Assembly (NCBI GenBank): GCA_039029975.1
Contig: JBCCFA010000001.1
Coordinates: 1 to 43,366 of the forward strand
Source: Pseudomonadota bacterium
GTDB lineage: Bacteria > Pseudomonadota > Gammaproteobacteria > Ga0077536
Direction of reading: 5' to 3'
DNA length: 43,366 bases
The position numbers and the translations under genes were made by a program. Below are positions 37,333 to 43,366 of this stretch, piece by piece. Position 1 is the first letter of the stretch; each line of letters starts with the position of its first letter. The notes beneath the pieces were generated by a model, which did no database searches, was not told where the DNA came from, and was given only the letters and a program-made list of their open reading frames with translations.

Positions 37333-38598
37333 CTATGTGAGTGCAGAAAGCGCACCGACGCACTCGCTTTGCTTAACGCTGATTTGTTTTTCGTCACTAC
37401 GCAAGGGTTTAATTGTGACCTCGCCTGATTCGATTTCTTGACCACCTAAAATCAAAGCCACTTTGGCACCCGAACGATCCGCTTTCTTGAACTGAGATTT
37501 CATACTGCCACCGCCGCAATGGACCTGAATTCGTTTGCCCGGCAATCCATCCCTAAGGGTGTCGGCCAGATTTAGCGCGACACCGCTAAAACGCTCATCT
37601 GCGCCCAACAAATAAATGTCGGCATTGGATTGATCAGAATCGGCACCGGAGGCAACAAGCTCAATAAACCGTTCCAAGCCCATCGCGAACCCTATCGCTG
37701 GTGTTGCTTTGCCGCCCAACATTTCTACTAAACCGTCGTAACGGCCGCCGGCGCAAACGGTGCCTTGCGCACCAAGTTCGTCTGTTATCCATTCGAACAC
37801 CGTTTTTGAATAATAATCGAGCCCACGAACGAGACGAGGATTAATGACGTATGCAATACCGGCTGAATCTAAAAGCGCTTGAAGCTTGTGGAAATGGTCT
37901 TTGGATTCCTCACCAAGGTTTTCAAGCAAGCTTGGCGCACCGGCGATGACGTTTTTCAGATCTGGGTTTTTCGAATCTAAGATACGCAACGGGTTTTTTT
38001 CTAGCCGAATCAAGGAATCATCATCCAACTCACCGCGAAAGTCCTCCAGATAGCTGGAAAGCACGTTGCGATATTGTGCGCGTTCATCACTGGTACCTAG
38101 TGAATTAAGTTCAAGACGAAGCGAGTTCAAATTGAACGCGCGCCAGATTTTTGCGGTGAGAAAAATAAGTTCCGCATCTATGTCGGGCCCGGCCAGCCCG
38201 AGGCACTCCACGCCGAGTTGATGAAATTGGCGGTATCGGCCTTTTTGTGGGCGCTCGTGTCGAAACATTGGGCCCATATACCAAAGCTTCTGGGCGCGTT
38301 GGTGGAGAAGGTTGTGTTCGAGCACAGCGCGAACGCAACTTGCGGTCCCTTCCGGACGGAGCGTAATGCTATCGCCGTTGCGATCATCAAACGTATACAT
38401 CTCCTTTTGCACAATGTCTGTCACATCGCCGATGGAGCGCGAGAACACCTGCGTGAATTCCATGATCGGAAAGCGAATTTCTTCGAACCCGTAAGACGCT
38501 AAAATATTTTTTAGCGTGGTTTCCACGGCTAGCCAATCCGCACTCTGCGGAGGCACCAGGTCTTTCATGCCTTTTATTGACTTGAGTTTTTCGGTCAC
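37333..38598 (-). CDS. hisS: Histidine-tRNA ligase
   Basis: 421 aa with a GTG start. Motifs are LRPEGTASCVRA, FRHERPQKGRYRQFHQ and GGRYDGL. Confidence 0.95.
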   Translation of the reverse strand: MTEKLKSIKGMKDLVPPQSADWLAVETTLKNILASYGFEEIRFPIMEFTQVFSRSIGDVTDIVQKEMYTFDDRNGDSITLRPEGTASCVRAVLEHNLLHQRAQKLWYMGPMFRHERPQKGRYRQFHQLGVECLGLAGPDIDAELIFLTAKIWRAFNLNSLRLELNSLGTSDERAQYRNVLSSYLEDFRGELDDDSLIRLEKNPLRILDSKNPDLKNVIAGAPSLLENLGEESKDHFHKLQALLDSAGIAYVINPRLVRGLDYYSKTVFEWITDELGAQGTVCAGGRYDGLVEMLGGKATPAIGFAMGLERFIELVASGADSDQSNADIYLLGADERFSGVALNLADTLRDGLPGKRIQVHCGGGSMKSQFKKADRSGAKVALILGGQEIESGEVTIKPLRSDEKQISVKQSECVGALSALT

Positions 38599-38613
38599 AG
38601 TGTTTTTCTAAGT

Positions 38614-39486
38614 TTAGGGATAGGTAAATTTGGCGACACCGTCTCTCGACAAGGATTCCAAATCAATCGTTTGCTCATTTATCTTTAACTCAACCGTCGG
38701 TGTATTGCCGATCAGCAAATCTAGTGGTTTTTCGCTCTTAACAATAATAGGTGCGCGAAGATTGGCCATACCAAAATAAAGCTGCTTACCATCCTCATCG
38801 TAAATTTCTACCCAAGACTCAGCGCTGGTACTTAAGCTTAATTCGAATCGTTCGCTATTCGAGGCCTCTCCGCGTTCTAGCGTCCCAACGTCCGATTTAT
38901 CGCCATTCTCTCGCTCGATCGCAGTCATCGAGTCTTCAAGGCGCTTGAGCGGCGATTCGAAATACGGCGACTCATCATGGATTACCTGCGTAAAGTCGTA
39001 GGGTAAGGGCGTGTTGGTATGGGCAGTCGGCTGCTCCGATACAGATCCTTTGCTCGACTCTTGTTTGTTCGATTGCCACCAAAAGACGAATAACAACACG
39101 GAAACAATAACGAGCGCGTAGCTGCCGGCCTTCACTGTAAAACTATTGCTTGAGACTTGCGGCGGGGGTCGCGATTCGAAATCCGCTAAAGTTGGCTCGC
39201 GTTCGGTGTTTGATATTTCCCGATAGGACTCTAGTATCGGATCTGGATTTACGTTTAGCTCATTGGCAATCGAGCGAATATACCCTTTTACGAAAGTGGG
39301 TCCTGGCAGTTGTTCGAAATTGTCCAACTCCAAATGGCGGATATAACGCGTGTCCAGACGAAGTCTCTGTGCTAAATCGGCTTGACTAAGTTTTGCATGT
39401 TCCCGGGCGCGTTCGATCATTTTCCCCGGCGTGGTAAGTTCGCCGCGATCGCCGCTTGGGGTCAGGGTTGTTTCAACGGAAGTCAC
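38614..39486 (-). CDS. rodZ: RodZ-like cytoskeleton protein (XRE HTH, one TM, DUF4115 C-terminal domain)
   Basis: 290 aa. HTH region is REHAKLSQADLAQRLRLDTRYIRHLE, with FVKGYIRSIA, a TM helix (ALVIVSVLLFVFWW) and a beta-rich C-terminus. Position is between pilW and hisS. Confidence 0.75.
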   Translation of the reverse strand: MTSVETTLTPSGDRGELTTPGKMIERAREHAKLSQADLAQRLRLDTRYIRHLELDNFEQLPGPTFVKGYIRSIANELNVNPDPILESYREISNTEREPTLADFESRPPPQVSSNSFTVKAGSYALVIVSVLLFVFWWQSNKQESSKGSVSEQPTAHTNTPLPYDFTQVIHDESPYFESPLKRLEDSMTAIERENGDKSDVGTLERGEASNSERFELSLSTSAESWVEIYDEDGKQLYFGMANLRAPIIVKSEKPLDLLIGNTPTVELKINEQTIDLESLSRDGVAKFTYP

Positions 39487-39523
39487 GGTAGATGCAAGAA
39501 CGGCAATTCGGTTGCTGTCGCCA

Positions 39524-40288
39524 TTATTGGCTCAACATGCCGGCTTCTTTCGAGTCTGGGAAATTCTTTTCGAGTCGCAAAGCGTAACTCGCTTCGGCAT
39601 CCCGGCCACCTAACTCACGCTCTATTAAAATGCCCAGCCACAAACTTCGCGGTACATGGCGCGAAATTTCAGAATATCGTTGAATGTACGCCCGCGCCGG
39701 TAGATAGCGACCGGTGTCATAGGTAATTGAAGCCATCTGCAGTAGGGCGACCGCAACGCGCGGATTTTTCTCCAAAGCTTCGCGAAAATAATTTTCCGCT
39801 TCGTCTTGCTTGCCTTGATCAAGCGAGCAGGTTCCCGCATTGGTCAGCGCAACTTCGGGTGTTTTGTATAAGGGATTCGCCGTTGCTCGCGCAAACATTT
39901 CCTGGCCTTTTTGCGGATCGGCGTTTTTACAAAGAAATTGGCCGTAGTTATTGAGCGTTAAGGAGTTCTCTGGGTCCAGACGTAGTGCTCGCTGGAAATT
40001 CTCATCGGCTTTTTCGATTTCACCAATTTGGCTGTAAACGATGCCTAGTGCGTTGTAAGCATCGGGGTAGCTGGAATCGGTAGAAGTGGCTTTATCCAAT
40101 TTTTTCAACGCTATTTCATAATCTCTGTCACGTAAGTGTTGAATAGCGATTTGGGTGTTCAGCTCGGCAATTTTTCGTTTATTTGGTGTTCCGGGCGCGG
40201 TATTCGGTGTGGATTGGGGCGCTGCGCAGCCAACGAGAAGAACGAGGAACAGCGATAAGAAAATAAAATCTATTAGCCGTCTGCTCAT
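39524..40288 (-). CDS. pilW: Type IV pilus biogenesis/stability TPR lipoprotein PilW (PilF)
   Basis: 254 aa with lipobox LLVGC and multiple TPR repeats. It follows rlmN with an overlapping stop/start. Confidence 0.75.
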   Translation of the reverse strand: MSRRLIDFIFLSLFLVLLVGCAAPQSTPNTAPGTPNKRKIAELNTQIAIQHLRDRDYEIALKKLDKATSTDSSYPDAYNALGIVYSQIGEIEKADENFQRALRLDPENSLTLNNYGQFLCKNADPQKGQEMFARATANPLYKTPEVALTNAGTCSLDQGKQDEAENYFREALEKNPRVAVALLQMASITYDTGRYLPARAYIQRYSEISRHVPRSLWLGILIERELGGRDAEASYALRLEKNFPDSKEAGMLSQ

Positions 40289-41391
40289 ATTCGGATCTCT
40301 TCGGTGGTCGAGGTACGACGAGATAAACGCACGTCTGCTTTGCGGGCACTGCGCGCTTGAACTTCACCGACTAACTGGCCGCACGCGGCAGCAATATCGT
40401 CGCCGCGTGTTTTTCTGGTCACGGTGACGATGCCGGCTTGTTGGAGACGTTCGCGGAATTGATCAATGATTTGTTTTGATGAGCAAACGTAGCGCGAACC
40501 GGGAAACGGGTTAAATGGTATTAAATTCACCTTTGCTGGCACATCATTCAAAATCCGAATGAGCGCTTTTGCATCGGCCAGACTGTCATTGACCCCTTTT
40601 AGCATCACGTACTCGAAAGTGATTACGTCATGAGGATTACATTTTGCGTATCGTTGACATGCGGCAAGTAATTCAGAAATCGGATATTTTTTATTTATGG
40701 GTACTATCTCATCGCGCAAGGAATCGTTGCTGGCGTGTAACGACACAGCCAAGCTCACCGGGCACTCTTCGGCTAGCTTATCGATACCAGGGACATGGCC
40801 AGCGGTGCTTAGCGTCACCCGCCGACGTGCTAAGCCGTACGCGAAATCATCAAGCATGATACGCATCGCCCGAGTCACGTTATCGAAATTCAGTAGGGGT
40901 TCGCCCATACCCATCATCACCACATTGGTGATACGACGATTGTGTTCCGGATGATGGCCGAGTTGCTTGGCCGCAATCCATACTTGCCCAATAATTTCCG
41001 CGGTAGTTAAGTTTCGATTAAAACCCTGTTGAGCAGTAGCGCAGAATCGGCAATCTAGCGGGCAACCCACTTGCGAAGAAACGCATAGTGTTCCGCGGTT
41101 ATCTTCCGGGATAAAGACTGTCTCGACAGAATTATGTGCATCGACTTTTAACAACCATTTAATGGTGCCATCTTGCGAGCGCTGTGTATGAAGAATTTCT
41201 GGCGCACTAATCTGGGTTTGCACAGCGAGAGAACTGCGTAAGGTCTTACTCAAGTTTGTCATCTCAGCGATATCGCTCACTCCAAGTTTGTGGATCCACT
41301 GCAAAACTTGGGTAGATCGAAACGGCCGCTCGCCAATACTTTCGAAATATTGGGTTAAACCGTCATGATCGAGATCGAGTAAATTTGTCAT
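40285..41391 (-). CDS. rlmN: 23S rRNA/tRNA (adenine-C2)-methyltransferase RlmN (radical SAM)
   Basis: 368 aa with the radical SAM cluster [11 protein letters not shown], plus MGMGEPL and a C-terminal CGQL. Confidence 0.95.
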   Translation of the reverse strand: MTNLLDLDHDGLTQYFESIGERPFRSTQVLQWIHKLGVSDIAEMTNLSKTLRSSLAVQTQISAPEILHTQRSQDGTIKWLLKVDAHNSVETVFIPEDNRGTLCVSSQVGCPLDCRFCATAQQGFNRNLTTAEIIGQVWIAAKQLGHHPEHNRRITNVVMMGMGEPLLNFDNVTRAMRIMLDDFAYGLARRRVTLSTAGHVPGIDKLAEECPVSLAVSLHASNDSLRDEIVPINKKYPISELLAACQRYAKCNPHDVITFEYVMLKGVNDSLADAKALIRILNDVPAKVNLIPFNPFPGSRYVCSSKQIIDQFRERLQQAGIVTVTRKTRGDDIAAACGQLVGEVQARSARKADVRLSRRTSTTEEIRI

Positions 41392-41432
41392 GTCTTTGGT
41401 AATCGGTACCGAATACGTCGCTACCTAGATGG

Positions 41433-41858
41433 TCACCGCGAGATGACTTCGTCGTCGTTGAAGAAGAATGCAATCTCGGTTTGCGCGGTTTCGGGTGCAT
41501 CCGAACCGTGAACAGCATTTTCGGAAATATCTTTACCGAATTCCGCTCGAATCGTGCCCGGATCTGCTTCGGCAGGATTTGTCGCGCCCATGATTTCGCG
41601 ATTTTTTAGGATTGCGTTTTCGCCTTCTAAAACCTGAACTAAAATCGGGCCAGACATCATGAACTCGACGAGCTCGCCGAAAAACGGGCGCTCGCTATGA
41701 ACCGCATAAAAGCCTTCCGCCTGCTCTTTTGTGAGCTGCATCATTCTGGCGGCGACGATTTTTAGTCCCGCAGTTTCGAACTTATTGAGAATGGCTCCTA
41801 TGTGATTGTCAGCAACGGCACTGGGTTTAACAATTGAGAGCGTTCTTTCGGTCGCCAT
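41433..41858 (-). CDS. ndk: Nucleoside diphosphate kinase
   Basis: 141 aa with motifs [16 protein letters not shown] and NAVHGSD (active-site His). Confidence 0.95.
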   Translation of the reverse strand: MATERTLSIVKPSAVADNHIGAILNKFETAGLKIVAARMMQLTKEQAEGFYAVHSERPFFGELVEFMMSGPILVQVLEGENAILKNREIMGATNPAEADPGTIRAEFGKDISENAVHGSDAPETAQTEIAFFFNDDEVISR

Positions 41859-41909
41859 TTTTACGGTTACTCCTGGGAAGAATGATATAAGGTATTGAAA
41901 AATGGCGGC

Positions 41910-41938
41910 ATTATAGAGGTATGCAGCCCTAAAATCAC
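41910..41938 (-). promoter_or_regulatory. Candidate sigma-70 promoter for ndk
   Basis: On the minus strand: GTGATT, 17 nt, then TATAAT (perfect -10 at 41910-41915), about 50 nt upstream of the ndk ATG. The ATG is preceded by AGGAG. Confidence 0.35.
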
Positions 41939-42054
41939 GGACAGAATCGGCAAAACCGGCGGGTTAGAAGACGCGGCGAGCAAAGCGCCAACGGTTTCGT
42001 TAATTTGTTGACTCGCCGGCGGACCGATGAGGGTTTTGCGTCTTGTAAAACTTG

Positions 42055-42618
42055 CTAGTACAAGCCGGTCTGTAGCCGCGCCGCTTCGGACATCATTTCA
42101 GGATTCCAGGGTGGGTCAAACACTAATTCAACGTTCACATGATTAACGTTCGGCACTTCGGCGACCTTGCTTTGTACGTCGTCCACCAGAAATGGACCCA
42201 TTCCACAACCCGGGGCGGTTAACGTCATATCGATATTAACGGTATTTTCCTTGGCCTCAGTTTTCTCGACTTCGCAGCGATAGATTAGGCCTAGTTCCAC
42301 GACATCGATAGGAATTTCCGGGTCGTAGCAGGTTTTCAATTGCTCCCAAATTAGACTCTCGTCCACGCTACCATCGGCGGCGGCAACAGCACCATCTACC
42401 GGTGTTTCGCTCCGTTCTAAGCCAATAGCTTCAACGTCTCTGGCCGCGATTCTCGCCAACATGCCGTTCACGTTTACCGTCACTGAGCCACCAAGCGCTT
42501 GGGTAATGTAGACAGTGGTCCCCTCTTTTAGCGTGATATTGGACCCTTCTGGAATTAGGATGGCGTCGCAATCCTTAATTACCGTTACCGGTTCGTTGTA
42601 ATTGTGTGGATCGGTCAT
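42055..42618 (-). CDS. sufT: SufT-like Fe-S assembly protein (N-terminal domain plus DUF59/MIP18 domain)
   Basis: 187 aa with the DUF59 core LKTCYDPEIPIDVVELGLIY...MTLTAPGCGMGP. Sits directly downstream of sufS. Confidence 0.6.
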   Translation of the reverse strand: MTDPHNYNEPVTVIKDCDAILIPEGSNITLKEGTTVYITQALGGSVTVNVNGMLARIAARDVEAIGLERSETPVDGAVAAADGSVDESLIWEQLKTCYDPEIPIDVVELGLIYRCEVEKTEAKENTVNIDMTLTAPGCGMGPFLVDDVQSKVAEVPNVNHVNVELVFDPPWNPEMMSEAARLQTGLY

Positions 42619-42629
42619 GGTTTGCCCGT

Positions 42630-43366
42630 TTACCTCAACATCTCAATCGATTTGTCTAGCGCGTGGACAAATTGCTCAACGTCCTCTTCGTTGTTGTACA
42701 TTGCGAACGAGGCTCGAGCAGTGCCTTCTAAGCCAAATTTCTGCATCACGGGCATCGCGCAATGGTGGCCGGTACGAATGGCTACGCCCTGATTGTCGAG
42801 GAGCGTGCCAAGGTCGTGTGGATGAACGTCCTCGAAAGTAAACGATAAAACGCTGGCTTTGTCCTTACTGGTGCCAACCAGCCTCAAGCCAGGTATCTTC
42901 TGTAGATGGTGAGTTGCAGTGGATAAAAGAAGATCTTCGTGTCTGGCTGCAGCCTCGATATCAACCGACATCATATATTGCAGCGCTGTGCCTAGCGCGA
43001 TATTGCCAGCGATATTCGGGGTTCCGGCTTCGAACTTATAAGGCAAATCGTTATAGGTAGTCTGATCCAAACGTACTTCTTTGATCATGTCGCCGCCGCT
43101 TTTGTAAGGTGGCAGCGCTTCTAGCAGTGCTTCTTTACCATAAAGTACACCGGTACCCGTTGGGCCAAAGACTTTATGGCCAGAAAACGCGTAAAAATCG
43201 CAATCGAGCGCTTTTACGTCGATACTTAGATGAGCGCTAGCCTGCGCTCCGTCTACTAAAACATACGCGCCAACCGAGTGAGCCAGTCGCGTCATTTCTT
43301 TTACCGGATTAATTGTGCCCAGCGCATTCGACACATGGCCAATCGAGACAATTTTCGTTCGGTCCG
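42630..43366 (-). CDS. sufS: Cysteine desulfurase SufS/CsdA family, C-terminal part (5' end outside the window)
   Basis: Motifs are SNALGTINP and FYAFSGHKVFGPTGTGVLYG (PLP Lys), plus RTGHHCA (catalytic Cys loop of group II desulfurases). The reading frame stays open to the window edge. Confidence 0.9.
   Translation of the reverse strand, partial: DRTKIVSIGHVSNALGTINPVKEMTRLAHSVGAYVLVDGAQASAHLSIDVKALDCDFYAFSGHKVFGPTGTGVLYGKEALLEALPPYKSGGDMIKEVRLDQTTYNDLPYKFEAGTPNIAGNIALGTALQYMMSVDIEAAARHEDLLLSTATHHLQKIPGLRLVGTSKDKASVLSFTFEDVHPHDLGTLLDNQGVAIRTGHHCAMPVMQKFGLEGTARASFAMYNNEEDVEQFVHALDKSIEMLR

Noticed and set aside
1-43366. tRNA/rRNA genes, CRISPR arrays, IS elements, integrases, phage or known defence-system genes
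   Set aside because: Intergenic regions are all 283 bp or shorter. T-loop-like GGTTCGA strings occur only inside CDSs (for example in bamB). I saw no spaced direct-repeat arrays and no transposase, integrase or phage-like translations in the six-frame track.

Overview
The window looks like 43.4 kb of chromosomal core genome from a moderate-GC gammaproteobacterium. Gene order resembles Pseudomonas/Cellvibrionales-type genomes; this is inferred from synteny I recall, not from a search. About 48 CDS are tightly packed, and nearly all are recognisable housekeeping genes. On the + strand the order is: rpoN (3' end)-hpf-ptsN-rapZ-ptsO-EI, mgtE, an OmpA-family lipoprotein, thrB-DUF2782 (- strand), polA, hisA-hisF-hisI-hisE-tatA-tatB-tatC. 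Next come DUF2905-rpiA (-), ilvA, and a class II aldolase + VOC pair. After that are trpC-trpD-trpG-gph-rpe (-), a secreted hypothetical, and a minus-strand trio of parA-like, queG and a 761-aa acyltransferase/hydrolase fusion. The window ends with an AI-2E transporter, PIN-PhoH, dapA-bamC-MBL hydrolase, and der-bamB-yfgM-hisS-rodZ-pilW-rlmN-ndk-sufT-sufS (all -, with sufS truncated at the window end). I found no rRNA, tRNA, CRISPR array, transposase, integrase, phage gene or recognisable defence island. The least ordinary stretch is 22.7-27.7 kb. It holds the parA-like/queG/fusion trio, separated by 11- and 13-nt gaps, with visibly AT-richer parA-like and fusion genes, and an abutting convergent secreted hypothetical. 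This is my best candidate for something undescribed, but it rests on motif reading only. Other notes are synteny deviations (no trpE, no ispG, SUF genes where ISC is expected, a GAF-less EI coupled to NPr) and a few intergenic RNA/DNA structures. All product calls come from reading the supplied translations for family motifs; no database search was run.
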